From positions 352,001 to 416,000 of the forward strand of contig CAVZQC010000004.1 of NCBI GenBank assembly GCA_963777315.1: a DNA stretch of 64,000 nucleotides, in the 5' to 3' direction. The stretch's first letter is position 1, and the number at the start of each line of letters is the position of its first letter. The notes beneath the pieces were generated by a model that saw nothing but the letters and a program-made list of their open reading frames with translations, ran no database searches and was not told the DNA's origin. Both the position numbers and the translations under genes were made by a program. This DNA is from Vulcanimicrobiota bacterium (GTDB lineage: Bacteria; Vulcanimicrobiota; Vulcanimicrobiia; Vulcanimicrobiales; Vulcanimicrobiaceae). Positions 1 through 11,061 of the stretch are shown here, piece by piece.

Positions 1-39
1 GCCGAAGCCAACAAAGCCTTCGCGCATTACCGCTGGTAG
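1..39 (+). CDS. rpsG: 30S ribosomal protein S7, 3' end (partial)
   Basis: Translates AEANKAFAHYRW*, the conserved S7 C-terminus, immediately before fusA. Confidence 0.95.
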   Translation, partial: AEANKAFAHYRW

Positions 40-45
40 ATCCCT

Positions 46-2148
46 ATGGCACGAGAATTTCCGCTGGAGCGCACCCGCAACATCGGCATTGCCGCGCACA
101 TCGACGCCGGCAAGACGACGTGCACGGAGCGCATTCTGTTCTATACCGGCCGCACGCACAAGATCGGCGAAGTGCACGACGGCGCAGCCACGATGGATTG
201 GATGGTGCAGGAGCAGGAGCGCGGCATCACGATCACCTCGGCCGCCACGGCGTGCACCTGGCGCGACACCCGTATCAACATCATTGATACGCCTGGCCAC
301 GTGGACTTCACCGTGGAGGTTGAACGCTCGCTCAGAGTGCTCGACGGTTTGGTTGCGCTCTTCGATTCGGTCGCGGCCGTGCAGCCGCAGTCCGAAACGG
401 TGTGGCGCCAAGCCAATAAATACCGCGTGCCGCGGATCATCTTCGTGAACAAGATGGACCGCATGGGGGCCGACTTCTTTAACGCGGTCGCGAAGATCAA
501 GGAGCGGCTGGGCGCCAACGCCACGCCGATCCAAGTTCCGATCGGAGCCGAGGACCAGTTCAAAGGCGTCGTCGATCTGTTCACTATGCGTAAGGTCGTG
601 TACACCGACGACCTTGGTTCGACGACGTCGCAGGATCCGGTCACCGACGCGGACGGCGAGCTCAAATCGCTGTGCGAGCAGTGGCGCCAAAACCTGATCG
701 AAAACATCGCAGAGCAAGATGAAGAACTGCTCGAGATGTTCTTCGACGGGCAAGAGCTTCCGGTCGATCGCATGAAGGAGGCGCTGCGCAAGGCGACGAT
801 CACCGGCGCGGTGCTGCCCATGCTCTGCGGCTCGGCGTTCAAGAACAAAGGCGTGCAGCCGCTGCTCGATGCGATCGTCGAGTATTTGCCCTCGCCGCTG
901 GAAGCCAAGCCCATCGTGGGCATCGATCCGAAAACCGACGCGGAGATTACGCGCAAACCCGACGACAAAGAGCCGTTTGCGGCGCTCGCATTCAAGATCG
1001 CGACCGATCCCTACGGCAACCTCACATACTTTCGGGTCTATTCGGGCACTTTGGACAAAGGATCGTACGTCTACAATTCACGCTCGGGCAAAAAAGAACG
1101 CATCGGGCGCATCCTGCGCATGCACGCCAATCATCGTGAGGACATCGACTCCATCGGCGCGGGCGACATCGCCGCCGCAGTCGGCATGACCGATACGCGC
1201 ACGGGCGATACGCTGTGCGACGAGAAGCATCCCATCATGCTCGAGTCGATCACTTTCCCCGAACCGGTGATCTATCAGGCAATCGAACCCAAGACCAAGG
1301 GCGATCAGGATCAGCTGGGCAAAGGGCTGCAGCGCTTGGCGCAAGAGGATCCGACGTTCCGCATGCGCACCGACGAGGAAACGCAGCAGACGATCATTGC
1401 CGGCATGGGCGAACTGCATTTGGAGATCATTCTGGACCGGCTGCGCCGCGAATTTAAAGTGGAAGCCAACGTCGGCAAACCGCAGGTGGCGTACAAAGAA
1501 GCGATCACCAAGACCGTCGAAAAGCAGGGTAAGTTCATCCGGCAGTCCGGTGGAAAAGGCCAGTACGGCGACGTGTGGCTGCGCGTGATGCCGCAAGAAC
1601 CCGGCACGGGCTTCATCTTCGAATGGAAGATTGTCGGCGGCAGAGTGCCTAAGGAGTATGCCAAGGCGGTGCAGGAAGGCATTCGAGAGGCAGCGCAGAG
1701 CGGCGTGCTCGCCGGCTATCCCGTGCTGGACTTCAAAGCCGAAGCTTTCGAAGGCTCGTACCACGACGTCGATTCCTCGGAAATGGCGTTCAAGATTGCC
1801 GCCTCGATGGGCTTCAAGGATGCCAATCGCGCGGCCGGACCGATTCTGCTCGAACCGATCATGAAGGTCGAGGTCACGACGCCGAAAGACTACATGGGCG
1901 CAATTGCCGGCGATCTCAACCGTCGCCGCGGAATGATTCAAGCCACGGAGGAAGCTCCGGGCGGCGCACAGGTCATCACGGCGAACGTGCCGCTTTCGGA
2001 AATGTTCGGCTACGCCACCGATATGCGGTCGGCCACGCAGGGTCGCGCAACGTACACCATGGAGTTTTCCCACTACGAGAAAGCGCCCAAGTCCGTCGAG
2101 GAAGAGATCGTGGCCAAAGCCGCGGGCAAGAAGAACTCGGCGGCATAA
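46..2148 (+). CDS. fusA: Elongation factor G
   Basis: 700 aa; [23 protein letters not shown] motifs; str operon context. Confidence 0.99.
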   Translation: MAREFPLERTRNIGIAAHIDAGKTTCTERILFYTGRTHKIGEVHDGAATMDWMVQEQERGITITSAATACTWRDTRINIIDTPGHVDFTVEVERSLRVLDGLVALFDSVAAVQPQSETVWRQANKYRVPRIIFVNKMDRMGADFFNAVAKIKERLGANATPIQVPIGAEDQFKGVVDLFTMRKVVYTDDLGSTTSQDPVTDADGELKSLCEQWRQNLIENIAEQDEELLEMFFDGQELPVDRMKEALRKATITGAVLPMLCGSAFKNKGVQPLLDAIVEYLPSPLEAKPIVGIDPKTDAEITRKPDDKEPFAALAFKIATDPYGNLTYFRVYSGTLDKGSYVYNSRSGKKERIGRILRMHANHREDIDSIGAGDIAAAVGMTDTRTGDTLCDEKHPIMLESITFPEPVIYQAIEPKTKGDQDQLGKGLQRLAQEDPTFRMRTDEETQQTIIAGMGELHLEIILDRLRREFKVEANVGKPQVAYKEAITKTVEKQGKFIRQSGGKGQYGDVWLRVMPQEPGTGFIFEWKIVGGRVPKEYAKAVQEGIREAAQSGVLAGYPVLDFKAEAFEGSYHDVDSSEMAFKIAASMGFKDANRAAGPILLEPIMKVEVTTPKDYMGAIAGDLNRRRGMIQATEEAPGGAQVITANVPLSEMFGYATDMRSATQGRATYTMEFSHYEKAPKSVEEEIVAKAAGKKNSAA

Positions 2149-2207
2149 CGCCTGCGGGCAAACGACAAACGTAACCAACAGCTAAAGAAGGGCAAAGACG
2201 AAACGAA

Positions 2208-3410
2208 ATGGCGAAGGCGAAATTCGAACGTAGCAAACCGCACGTAAACATCGGAACGACGGGGCACGTCGACCACGGTAAAACGACTCTTACCGCGGCT
2301 ATCATCAACTGCCTCGCCACGGAAAACGCGAACATCCAAAAGCGCAACGTCGACGACATCGACAACGCGCCCGAGGAAAAAGAGCGCGGCATCACCATCG
2401 CGATCTCGCACCAGGAGTACGAGACCAAAAAGCGCCATTACGCGCACGTCGACTGCCCCGGCCACGCCGACTACATCAAGAACATGATCACCGGCGCGGC
2501 GCAGATGGACGGAGCCATTCTCGTGGTCTCGGCCACCGACGGCCCGATGCCGCAGACGCGCGAGCACATTCTGCTCATGAAGCAAGTCGGCGTGCCGTAC
2601 ATCGTCGTGTTTTTGAACAAATGCGACATGGTCGACGACGAAGAGCTGCTCGAGCTGGTCGAAATGGAAGTACGCGACCTGCTCAACCAGTACGAATTTC
2701 CGGGCGACACCACGCCCATCATCCGCGGCTCGGCGCTCAAGGCGTTGAACAGTTCGGGCAAGCGCGGCGATGCGGATTCCGATCCGATCTTCAAACTGAT
2801 GGACACGGTCGACGACTACATCCCCGATCCGGTCCGCGAGACCGACAAACCGTTCCTCATGCCGGTGGAAGACGTATTCACGATCACCGGACGCGGAACG
2901 GTGGGCACGGGCCGCGTCGAGCGCGGACAGGTCAAAGTCGGTGAGGAAATCGAGATTGTGGGACTGACCGAACAGACGCGCAAGTCGGTCGTCACCGGCA
3001 TCGAGATGTTTCGCAAGCTGCTCGACGTCGGGATCGCCGGCGACAACATCGGCGTTCTGCTGCGCGGCGTCGATCGCAACGACATCGAACGCGGACAGGT
3101 GCTTGCCAAGCCGGGCTCTATCAAGCCGCACAAAAAATTCAAAGCCGAAGTCTACGTGCTCTCGAAAGAAGAGGGCGGTCGCCATACGCCGTTCTTTGCC
3201 AATTATCGCCCGCAGTTTTACTTCCGCACGACCGACGTGACGGGCACGATCAGACTGCCCGAGGGCGTGGAGATGGTCATGCCGGGCGACAACGTTGCGA
3301 TGGACGTCGAGCTGATCATGCCGGTCGCGTGCGAAGAAGGTTTGCGTTTTGCCATTCGCGAGGGCGGCCGCACCGTGGGCGCCGGCGTCGTAACCGGCGT
3401 TCAGGACTAG
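2208..3410 (+). CDS. tuf: Elongation factor Tu
   Basis: [34 protein letters not shown]. Confidence 0.99.
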   Translation: MAKAKFERSKPHVNIGTTGHVDHGKTTLTAAIINCLATENANIQKRNVDDIDNAPEEKERGITIAISHQEYETKKRHYAHVDCPGHADYIKNMITGAAQMDGAILVVSATDGPMPQTREHILLMKQVGVPYIVVFLNKCDMVDDEELLELVEMEVRDLLNQYEFPGDTTPIIRGSALKALNSSGKRGDADSDPIFKLMDTVDDYIPDPVRETDKPFLMPVEDVFTITGRGTVGTGRVERGQVKVGEEIEIVGLTEQTRKSVVTGIEMFRKLLDVGIAGDNIGVLLRGVDRNDIERGQVLAKPGSIKPHKKFKAEVYVLSKEEGGRHTPFFANYRPQFYFRTTDVTGTIRLPEGVEMVMPGDNVAMDVELIMPVACEEGLRFAIREGGRTVGAGVVTGVQD

Positions 3411-3424
3411 GCCTTCGATCCGAA

Positions 3425-3734
3425 ATGGCTAAGCAGAAGATTCGCATTCGCCTCAAGGCGTACGATCACAAGGTGCTCGATCAATCGGCCGAGCGAATCG
3501 TCGAAACGGCAAAGCGTACCGGCGCGTTTGTGAGCGGCCCCGTGCCGCTCCCGACGGAGATCAACCGTTTCTGCGTAAACCGTTCGCCGCACGTCGACAA
3601 GAAATCGCGCGAGCACTTCGAAATGCGTACGCATAAACGGCTGATCGACATCCTGCAAGCTTCTCCCAAGACCATGGATGCGCTCATGCACTTGGACTTG
3701 CCGGCAGGCGTGGACATCGAACTGAAGGCCTCAG
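3425..3734 (+). CDS. rpsJ: 30S ribosomal protein S10; as sequenced reads on to 3790, true stop probably T[C]AG at 3731-3734
   Basis: [15 protein letters not shown]...[12 protein letters not shown]. The read-through tail runs through an intrinsic terminator, so a one-base insertion in the stop is likely. Confidence 0.93.
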
Positions 3735-3753
3735 CTCGGTCTCGTACAGTACC

Positions 3754-3783
3754 AAGAGCGCAACTCCGGTTGCGCTCTTTTTT
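3754..3783 (+). terminator. Intrinsic terminator ending the str operon after rpsJ
   Basis: AAGAGCGCAAC-TCCG-GTTGCGCTCTT followed by a T run. Confidence 0.85.
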
Positions 3784-3803
3784 CATATAAAGGAGACCCT
3801 TCT

Positions 3804-4046
3804 ATGGAAGTCAAGCCGACCTATTTGGGCACGATGATCGCGCTCTGCACGGCCGCTTTCGGGCTGATCGCCGCGCTGGCATGGAACACGTTCATCACCG
3901 ATTTGATAGCGCTATTTCTCAAACGTGGTTCCGGCATATGGGCCGAACTGGGCTACGCGGTGATTATCACCATCATCGCCGTGCTCGTCATCCAGCAGCT
4001 GGGCAAGCTCTCGGAAAGAGACACGGGCCCGCGAACGGGCTTATAG
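3804..4046 (+). CDS. Small two-TM membrane protein, DUF5654-like
   Basis: AAGGAG SD; TAAFGLIAALAWN motif and a second hydrophobic segment. Confidence 0.75.
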   Translation: MEVKPTYLGTMIALCTAAFGLIAALAWNTFITDLIALFLKRGSGIWAELGYAVIITIIAVLVIQQLGKLSERDTGPRTGL

Positions 4047-4047
4047 C

Positions 4048-6975
4048 TCAGAGCCGCAGCGTTGCGGTGACGTGGTTGCCGTAGCCGGGAATGCGTTCGA
4101 TCTGCAGGTTGCACGTCAGCTGCCAGATGATGTAGAGTCCGCGGCCCGACTCGCTGAGCGGATCGGCCGGTAGAGCCGGATCGCGGATAAAGCCTTTGCC
4201 GCGGTCGATGACGTGCAGTATCGGCGCGGTGTCCTCCCAGCGCAGCTGCACGTCGATCGGCCCGGGCGCATGGCGGACGACGTTGCCGATCAGCTCGCCG
4301 AAGACCAGCTCGGCTGCGCTCAAGTCCGAGTCCGATGCCGCGTGCCTGCGCAGCGCTGCGACGAACTGCGTTCGGGCGTCTTGCGCCGCTTTCGCGTTTT
4401 CGGCATCGAACGACCAGTGAGTGCGGGTGCCGAACAGCACGCTGAGCACGGCGGTGTCGTCTTGCGCCTGAAACGGCAGGCACGCGTCGCAAAGAAAGCG
4501 CGCAGGATTGCGCACGTTCAAAATAGCCTGCGAGGTAACGACTTGACGCAGGCGTTCTTCGCCGAAGGCGAGATCGCGCGTTCCTTCGACCAGACCATCG
4601 GTGTAGAGCACGAGCAACTGGGCGTCCTGCAGCGATATGGTATGCGTTTCTTCCGTCGCGGCGCGGTCGCGCAAGCCGAGCGGCAAACCGTGCCCGCTCA
4701 ATTCGATCAGTTCCTCACCGCGCCGCAGCAGTGGGGCAGGATGACCCGCGCTCGCGTAGCGCATCGTCGAGTGCGTCGAATCGATGAAGCCCAAGAACGC
4801 GGTGACGAGCGCGGGCGATCCGCGGGAGCGCAACTGGTAGTCGACGCCGTCCAAAATGCGGGCCGGATCGCGTTCGTACATGCACGCCATGTTGATCGCT
4901 TGCCGCGTCTTGCCCATCAATCCGGCAGCCTGCAGGCCGCGTCCCGTAACGTCCCCTACGCTGACCATAATGGCGCCGTCCGGCAGCGTGACCGCGTCGA
5001 ACCAATCGCCGCCGACGTCGGCCTCGTGGGAACTGGGCCGGTAGTCCGCGTTGAAAGCCAGATCCTCGTGTTTGGGCAGCAGCTCGGGCGAAGGCAGCAG
5101 CGCTTGCTGCAGCGCTTCGGCGATGCGGCGTTCGCGTTCGAGTGCATTGACGTGTTCGATGGCGATGGAAAGCCGGCGTCCCATGTCGTTGAAGAGCAGC
5201 AAATCGTTCGCACTGAATTCACGCGGCGTGTCGCACCAGTGTGCGACCAGAGCGCCCAGCGTCTCTCCGCGCGAATGGAGCGGCACGGTGATCGTGGCAT
5301 GGATGTCCAGCGCGCGGACGTCTTGCGCGAGGTAATCCCAAACGTGCGGGATCAGTTCTTCGGGCGTGAGCCCGGAATGAATAACGGTGCGATGCTGCGC
5401 TAGCATGTGGATTGCACGATCCTCGGCTTCAGGGCGAAGCATGCGCTGGCCCCGCAGCCGCGCGGCGATGGGCGCCTTTCTCGCGTCGCGATGCGCGCAC
5501 GAAACGGTCCGAAGTTTGGAGCCGCCTTCAATCTGCATGATGTATGCGAGATCGGCTGCTTCCGACACGATGAACTCGCACAGGTTGTCGAACGTGGCGT
5601 GCAAGTCGAACGATTCGAAAACCAGCTCGCTCGCACGAGCGCTGAACTGAGAACGCTGCGCGCGCCGGCGTTCTTCCTCGAAAGATTTGGCCGTCTGGAT
5701 CGCCGCTGCGGCGCGCCGGGCAACCATTTGAGTAACCTCTAGGTCGTCCTGGCCGAACGAGCGGCCGGATTCCGCGGTTGCAAGCGAAAGCGCTCCGTAC
5801 ACTACGCCGGCGTCCGTGGCCATCGGCACGATCATTGCCGAGCGCATCTGGAGGTTGTCCAAAACGCGCCGGTGCTCTTCGTCCTGCGCCGCTGCGTGGA
5901 GCTGCTCGAGTGAAACGCTCGGCACCAGAAGCGGAGCGTTCGAGCGCACCACGGTGTCCAACGCGCTGCCTTCGCGTACGGGGTACCTATCGCGGAATTG
6001 TTCGACGTACTGCAGACGGGCGGGATCCCGATGGCCGATGGCTTGCGTGGTGTATCCGCCCGCCGGGTCGACCAGCGAGATAAAACACCAGTCCGCAACC
6101 CGGTTCACCGCCAGTTGCGCGAGGTTTGCGCAAATCGCCTTGACGTCGTTGGATGCGGAAAGCTGCGCGGAGGCCTCGACGACGAAGCGCAAATTGGCAT
6201 TCGAGCGTTTTTGCGCGTCGATGTCGGTCGCCGTGCCGATCCACCGCGAAATCTGTCCATCCTCTCCGGTGACGGGCGTTGCGCGCGCAATGAACCAGCG
6301 AAAAACGCCGTCGCTCTTGCGGCGCAGCCGGTATTCGATCTCGTAGGGTTTGCCGGTAGCCACTGCGCGGTGCCAGAGTTCGAGCGTAGCATCGCGCTCG
6401 TCGGGATGCACCACGCCCTTTACGCCGGATGCATTCATTCGCTGGACGGTGAGTCCGGTGTATTCCAGCCACGGAGTGTTGAAATATTCGATGGTGCCGT
6501 CGCCGGCAGCGATCCATGCCAGTTGCGGCATGGCTTCCACGATGGCGCGCAGCTGCGCGCCCGTTTTCTCCAGGCGCCGGGCGGCCGTGACGAATTCCGT
6601 CACGTCCGTGGCCGCTCCGGCAAATCCCGCCGGCGCATCGCCACCGCCCAGCGGAGCGAGCAGCAGTCGCACGTGCACCTTGCGATCGGTGCGAACGAAC
6701 CGGATCCGCAGCTCGGCCGCGCCGTTGCCGGCGATGGCGTTGTCCCAAGCGCGCTCGACCTGCGCTCGATCGCGCCGGTCGACCGCTTCGAGCCATCCTC
6801 TTCCCAGGAGGTCCCGCTGCGTACCGCCGATCAGCTCGCGGAATGCCGGTGTCGCCCAAGTTATATTGCCTCGCGCGTCCGTTTCGAAAAATCCGATGGG
6901 CACGGTTTCGGCTACGTCGCAAAGCCGCTCGCGATCAAGCGAGATCGGAGATTCGGCCGGCTCACCTAGGGCCAT
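4048..6975 (-). CDS. PAS-PAS-GAF-GAF-SpoIIE(PP2C)-HATPase(RsbW-like) sensor phosphatase
   Basis: PAS (VHPDER, YEIEYRLRR, WIGTATDI); two GAF-like blocks; VGGDWFD/VGDVTGRG/LYTDGL phosphatase motifs; ELIGNVVRHA and ESGRGL. Start set at MALGEP. Confidence 0.9.
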   Translation of the reverse strand: MALGEPAESPISLDRERLCDVAETVPIGFFETDARGNITWATPAFRELIGGTQRDLLGRGWLEAVDRRDRAQVERAWDNAIAGNGAAELRIRFVRTDRKVHVRLLLAPLGGGDAPAGFAGAATDVTEFVTAARRLEKTGAQLRAIVEAMPQLAWIAAGDGTIEYFNTPWLEYTGLTVQRMNASGVKGVVHPDERDATLELWHRAVATGKPYEIEYRLRRKSDGVFRWFIARATPVTGEDGQISRWIGTATDIDAQKRSNANLRFVVEASAQLSASNDVKAICANLAQLAVNRVADWCFISLVDPAGGYTTQAIGHRDPARLQYVEQFRDRYPVREGSALDTVVRSNAPLLVPSVSLEQLHAAAQDEEHRRVLDNLQMRSAMIVPMATDAGVVYGALSLATAESGRSFGQDDLEVTQMVARRAAAAIQTAKSFEEERRRAQRSQFSARASELVFESFDLHATFDNLCEFIVSEAADLAYIMQIEGGSKLRTVSCAHRDARKAPIAARLRGQRMLRPEAEDRAIHMLAQHRTVIHSGLTPEELIPHVWDYLAQDVRALDIHATITVPLHSRGETLGALVAHWCDTPREFSANDLLLFNDMGRRLSIAIEHVNALERERRIAEALQQALLPSPELLPKHEDLAFNADYRPSSHEADVGGDWFDAVTLPDGAIMVSVGDVTGRGLQAAGLMGKTRQAINMACMYERDPARILDGVDYQLRSRGSPALVTAFLGFIDSTHSTMRYASAGHPAPLLRRGEELIELSGHGLPLGLRDRAATEETHTISLQDAQLLVLYTDGLVEGTRDLAFGEERLRQVVTSQAILNVRNPARFLCDACLPFQAQDDTAVLSVLFGTRTHWSFDAENAKAAQDARTQFVAALRRHAASDSDLSAAELVFGELIGNVVRHAPGPIDVQLRWEDTAPILHVIDRGKGFIRDPALPADPLSESGRGLYIIWQLTCNLQIERIPGYGNHVTATLRL

Positions 6976-7038
6976 AAATGTTTCTCTACCCACATCGCTG
7001 CATGGATACGCCTGGCAGCCCGGCGAAGGATGCACGCC

Positions 7039-7464
7039 ATGCCGATACCGCTGCACGAAGTCCGCGAACGAACTTTTTCCGGCACGCGCCGCCGAATCTT
7101 TCAGCTGTTGGTGGACATGGGAACGTCCAACGACATCGTCTGGCCGTTCGCGGCGCAACCCTTCATGCGGTCGCCCGGCCCATTGCTTCCGGGCAAGACC
7201 GAAGAGTGGCACAACGGCTTTCACGCCGTGCTGGAAGAAGTCGTGCCGGAAGACCGGATCGTTTGGCGCATACAAAACGAGGGCTTTGAAGGCACGCATG
7301 GTTACTATTTGAGCGGCGACGGCAAGAAGACCACGCTGGCGCACCGGATCGATGCCACGCTGGACGACACGCAAGGGCGCATGCTCTGGCGGCGCCTGGA
7401 AGACTCCAACGAACGTTCGGTCGAGGCGCTCTTCGATAAAATCGCACGCATATTGAAACGATGA
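7039..7464 (+). CDS. SRPBCC/START-like domain protein (putative)
   Basis: GAAGGA SD; EEVVPEDRIVWRI and C-terminal helix SVEALFDKIARIL fit an SRPBCC fold. Confidence 0.6.
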   Translation: MPIPLHEVRERTFSGTRRRIFQLLVDMGTSNDIVWPFAAQPFMRSPGPLLPGKTEEWHNGFHAVLEEVVPEDRIVWRIQNEGFEGTHGYYLSGDGKKTTLAHRIDATLDDTQGRMLWRRLEDSNERSVEALFDKIARILKR

Positions 7465-7467
7465 ACC

Positions 7468-8658
7468 ATGACTGCCGCGCATCCGCGCCTTAGCGCACCC
7501 GATTCGCTCGACTTTTTGGATATCGATGCGCTGCTGAGCCAAGAAGAGCGCATGATTCGCGATACGGTGCGCGCCTTCGTTCGCGATCGCATCGTTCCCA
7601 ATATCGCGCAGTGGTTTGAAGAAGGCCGGCTTCCGGCGCAGCTCGGCAGGCAGTTGGGCGATCTGGGTCTGCTGGGGATGCATTTGCACGGCTACGGCTG
7701 TCCCGGCGCAAGCGCGGTAGCCTATGGTATTGCCTGCATGGAGTTCGAGGCCGGCGATTCGGGGGTGCGCAGTTTTGCATCGGTGCAAGGCTCGCTGGCG
7801 ATGTACGCGATTCATCGCTGGGCGAGCGAAGAACAAAAGGAGCTTTGGCTGCCCCGCATGGCCAAGGGCGAGGCGCTGGGCTGTTTTGGGCTGAGCGAGC
7901 CGGATTTCGGCAGCAACCCGGCCGGGATGCGCACTCATGCGCGCCGTGACGGCAGCGATTGGATCATCGACGGCACGAAGATGTGGATCACCAACGGCAA
8001 CATCGCCGATGTCGCCGTCATCTGGGCGCAGACCGACGAAGGTATCCGCGGATTCGCAGTTCCCACCGCAGTCAAAGGTTTTTCCGCGCACGCCATCGAG
8101 CGCAAGCTGTCGCTGCGCGCGTCGGTCACGTCCGAGCTCGTTTTGCAAAGCTGCCGCGTTCCATGCGAAGCTGCGTTTCCGGAAGTGCGCGGCCTGCGCG
8201 GTCCGCTGGCATGTTTGAACGAAGCGCGGTACGGCATCGTCTGGGGCTCGATGGGCGCGGCCCGCGCCTGTTACGAAACTGCGCTCTCGTATGCCAAGAC
8301 GCGCGTGCAGTTCGGGCGCCCCATCGCCGCGTACCAGATTACGCAAGAAAAGCTCGTGAATATGATGCTCGAGCTCAACAAAGGTATGCTGCTCGCGCTG
8401 CACATCGGCCGGATGAAGGATCTGCACCGCGCGCACCCATCGCACGTGAGCTTCGGCAAACTCAACAACGTGCGCGAAGCGTTGACGATCGCTCGCGAAG
8501 CCCGCACGATCCTGGGGGCGAACGGCGTCACGTTGGAATATCCGGTCATTCGGCATATGAACAACCTGGAGTCGGTGCTCACGTACGAGGGCACCAGTGA
8601 AATCCACACGCTCATTCTGGGCCAGGAGCTAACCGGGCAAAGCGCGTTCGACGCCTAG
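7468..8658 (+). CDS. Acyl-CoA dehydrogenase (glutaryl-CoA dehydrogenase-like)
   Basis: GCFGLSEPDFGSNP, GTKMWITNG, RVQFGRPI, TYEGTSEIH. Confidence 0.93.
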   Translation: MTAAHPRLSAPDSLDFLDIDALLSQEERMIRDTVRAFVRDRIVPNIAQWFEEGRLPAQLGRQLGDLGLLGMHLHGYGCPGASAVAYGIACMEFEAGDSGVRSFASVQGSLAMYAIHRWASEEQKELWLPRMAKGEALGCFGLSEPDFGSNPAGMRTHARRDGSDWIIDGTKMWITNGNIADVAVIWAQTDEGIRGFAVPTAVKGFSAHAIERKLSLRASVTSELVLQSCRVPCEAAFPEVRGLRGPLACLNEARYGIVWGSMGAARACYETALSYAKTRVQFGRPIAAYQITQEKLVNMMLELNKGMLLALHIGRMKDLHRAHPSHVSFGKLNNVREALTIAREARTILGANGVTLEYPVIRHMNNLESVLTYEGTSEIHTLILGQELTGQSAFDA

Positions 8659-8719
8659 AAAACGCGCTCGTCGGGTGATAAGATGGGTGTGGAGCAAGCT
8701 CCGAAAGAGGCGTTCGACG

Positions 8720-9289
8720 ATGAGGCAACTCGCCGCGACACTGACCGCATTTGCCGCGCTGACCGCAACCGCAGCGGCACAGACCGCGTGTCCTCCGGCC
8801 GTCGTCCACGCCGTGTATGCCGTCGTCACCGGTCCATCGGCCATGCAGCCCTGCAACGCGTTCGCGGGATACGAGCAGCCCAGCCAAGCCGACTTCGGCT
8901 GCGGCGCTCAATGCGCGTTCGACGCCGCGTTCCTGAGCGTACCCGGTGCACTGCCCCTGACCTGTAGGGTGCCGTACCTGTCCCAATATTTCGGTTGGTA
9001 CGGGACGATTCCGCGACACCGCAACGCGCGGGGAGAGTGCGTCACGTTCGATCAACTGTTGCGCAAGCGCACGGCTGCTTCAACCGCCGTTATGCCGTAT
9101 GGGAGCCGCGGCCCGGTGCAAGTGCGGCCTCCGGTCGAGCCGGTGCACGCCGTAACATCGCGTGGTGCCGATCTGGCCCCGCGCGCGCCGTTGCTGCAGG
9201 GCGTTCCTTTTGCTCCAATGCGCGCGGCGAACGCCGCACCGCATGCGAGCGCTTCCCAAGGCGGCAATCACATTCACAACCGGATGTAG
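8720..9289 (+). CDS. Hypothetical secreted Cys-containing protein
   Basis: GAAAGAGG SD; signal peptide MRQLAATLTAFAALTATAAA; six Cys in mature N-terminal half; Pro/Ala-rich tail. Confidence 0.6.
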   Translation: MRQLAATLTAFAALTATAAAQTACPPAVVHAVYAVVTGPSAMQPCNAFAGYEQPSQADFGCGAQCAFDAAFLSVPGALPLTCRVPYLSQYFGWYGTIPRHRNARGECVTFDQLLRKRTAASTAVMPYGSRGPVQVRPPVEPVHAVTSRGADLAPRAPLLQGVPFAPMRAANAAPHASASQGGNHIHNRM

Positions 9290-9307
9290 TCGCGGCGATA
9301 CGGCCGC

Positions 9308-9337
9308 TTGACGAGTCCAAGGCGTTCCTGATAGTAT
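9308..9337 (+). promoter_or_regulatory. Sigma70-type promoter for the rplC operon
   Basis: TTGACG-18 nt-TAGTAT with extended -10 TG. Confidence 0.65.
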
Positions 9338-9485
9338 CCGTTGGTTGTGGTCGGCCGGCCGCGATAGTTTGCGCGTGCCGGCGGAAACGCTAGCAAGTAC
9401 GCCTGGATCCGTGTACTTGCGGCCCCACGCATTGGAGGCCCGAGAGCAAGTTTGCGGGCCGTTCGGATTGAGGACGAGGATAGGA

Positions 9486-10109
9486 ATGAAAAACATCCTT
9501 GGCCGCAAGGTTGGGATGACGAGCGTATTCACCGACGACGGACGATACGTCCCCGTAACGGTGATACAGGCCGGTCCCTGCACGGTGGTCGAGCGCAGAA
9601 CGAAGGACAAGCACGGCTACGAGGCCGTTGCGCTGGCTTTCGGCGACGTTAAAAAGTCGCGCGTTTCGCGTGCCCTTGCCGGACATTATAAAAAGAACGA
9701 TGCCGAACCGCGGCGCTGGATTCGCGAGTTCCGCGACGACATCGACGGCGTCGAGCCGGGGGCGACGGTGACGGTCGCGCAGTTCGAGCCCGGCGATCGC
9801 GTCGACGTGGTCGGCGTTTCGAAAGGGCACGGCTTCTCCGGGGGCATCAAGCGGCACAACTTCAGCGGCGGCGGCGCAAGCCACGGTTCCATGATTCACC
9901 GTCAGCCCGCGTCCAACGGCGATACCAACGCGGGCCGAACGGTCAAAGGAAGCCGGCGTCCGGGCCACTTCGGCGTCGATCGCACAACGCATCAAAACCT
10001 CGAAGTCGTGCGCGCCGACGCCGAGCGTAATCTGCTGCTGCTGCGCGGTCCGGTTCCGGGCTCCGAGAACGCGCTCATCGTCGTTCGCAAGTCGGTCAAG
10101 CATGCCTAA
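9486..10109 (+). CDS. rplC: 50S ribosomal protein L3
   Basis: [31 protein letters not shown]. Confidence 0.98.
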   Translation: MKNILGRKVGMTSVFTDDGRYVPVTVIQAGPCTVVERRTKDKHGYEAVALAFGDVKKSRVSRALAGHYKKNDAEPRRWIREFRDDIDGVEPGATVTVAQFEPGDRVDVVGVSKGHGFSGGIKRHNFSGGGASHGSMIHRQPASNGDTNAGRTVKGSRRPGHFGVDRTTHQNLEVVRADAERNLLLLRGPVPGSENALIVVRKSVKHA

Positions 10110-10749
10110 CGTCATCGATTCGACCGGTTCGGTGCTCCGCGAAGAACCTACGCCGGAAGTTTTTGCTCGCGATTACGGCGAGAAGTCGAACGCGATCTTT
10201 CGCGCGGTCCATAGAGAATTCGCGAGCCCGCGCGCGGGAACGGCGTCGACGAAGAAACGCGATGAAGTCAGCGGCGGCGGACGCAAGCCGTGGCGCCAAA
10301 AGGGCACCGGCCGTGCTCGCCAAGGCTCCATTCGCTCTCCGCAGTGGACGCACGGCGGTGTCGTGTTCGGACCGCAGCCGCGCAAGTACACGAGCGATCT
10401 CAACAAGAAGGAACGCCGCGCGGCGTTCCTCGCTGCGCTGTCCGACCGTTTTCGCGGCGATGCGGTAACGGTGCTCGACGCGGCGGATTTCGCTCTGGAA
10501 AAGACCGCCGATTTCGCAGCGCTGCTTTTCGGCAATGCGGCAGCTGCCAAGAAAGGTCCGACCACGCTGGTGGTTTTCGGAATGGACGAGCGCGCCGGCG
10601 AAAAACTGCACCGCGTCGGGCGCAACCTCAAGCGAACCGGCATTACGAATATCGGCGCCCTCGACGTCAAGGACGTGCTGCGCTACAGCCGCATCGTCTT
10701 CACCAAAGAGGCGTACGCACAACTCGTGACTCTGGCGGAGCGGAGCTGA
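10102..10749 (+). CDS. rplD: 50S ribosomal protein L4
   Basis: [25 protein letters not shown]. Confidence 0.98.
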   Translation: MPNVIDSTGSVLREEPTPEVFARDYGEKSNAIFRAVHREFASPRAGTASTKKRDEVSGGGRKPWRQKGTGRARQGSIRSPQWTHGGVVFGPQPRKYTSDLNKKERRAAFLAALSDRFRGDAVTVLDAADFALEKTADFAALLFGNAAAAKKGPTTLVVFGMDERAGEKLHRVGRNLKRTGITNIGALDVKDVLRYSRIVFTKEAYAQLVTLAERS

Positions 10750-10750
10750 C

Positions 10751-11059
10751 ATGGACGCACGCGACGTCATCGTTTCTCCCCGCATCACCGAGAAGTCCAT
10801 GGCGAACGCGCTGGGCCATCAATACGGCTTCGTCGTGCATCCGGACGCGACCAAAACCCAAATTCGCCACGCGATCGAAGAAATTTTTAAAGTGAACGTG
10901 CTCAAGGTCAACACGGTCAACGTAGGCGGCAAGACCAAAACGTTCGCTCGCCGCGGCGCGCGCACGCAAGGCCGCACCAAAGACTATAAAAAGGCTACCG
11001 TCACTCTACGTCCGGGCCAGAAGATCGAACTGGGCGGCGTCAACTATTTCGAGCAATAA
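10751..11059 (+). CDS. rplW: 50S ribosomal protein L23
   Basis: [31 protein letters not shown]. Confidence 0.97.
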   Translation: MDARDVIVSPRITEKSMANALGHQYGFVVHPDATKTQIRHAIEEIFKVNVLKVNTVNVGGKTKTFARRGARTQGRTKDYKKATVTLRPGQKIELGGVNYFEQ

Positions 11060-11061
11060 AC

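Noticed and set aside
3735..3790. C-terminal extension of S10
   Set aside because: Runs through a terminator and is removed by deleting one base in an AGCT error context
6976..8607. N-terminal ~540 aa of the 1519 aa minus-strand ORF
   Set aside because: Antisense shadow of the SRPBCC and acyl-CoA dehydrogenase genes; recognisable domains begin only at 6975
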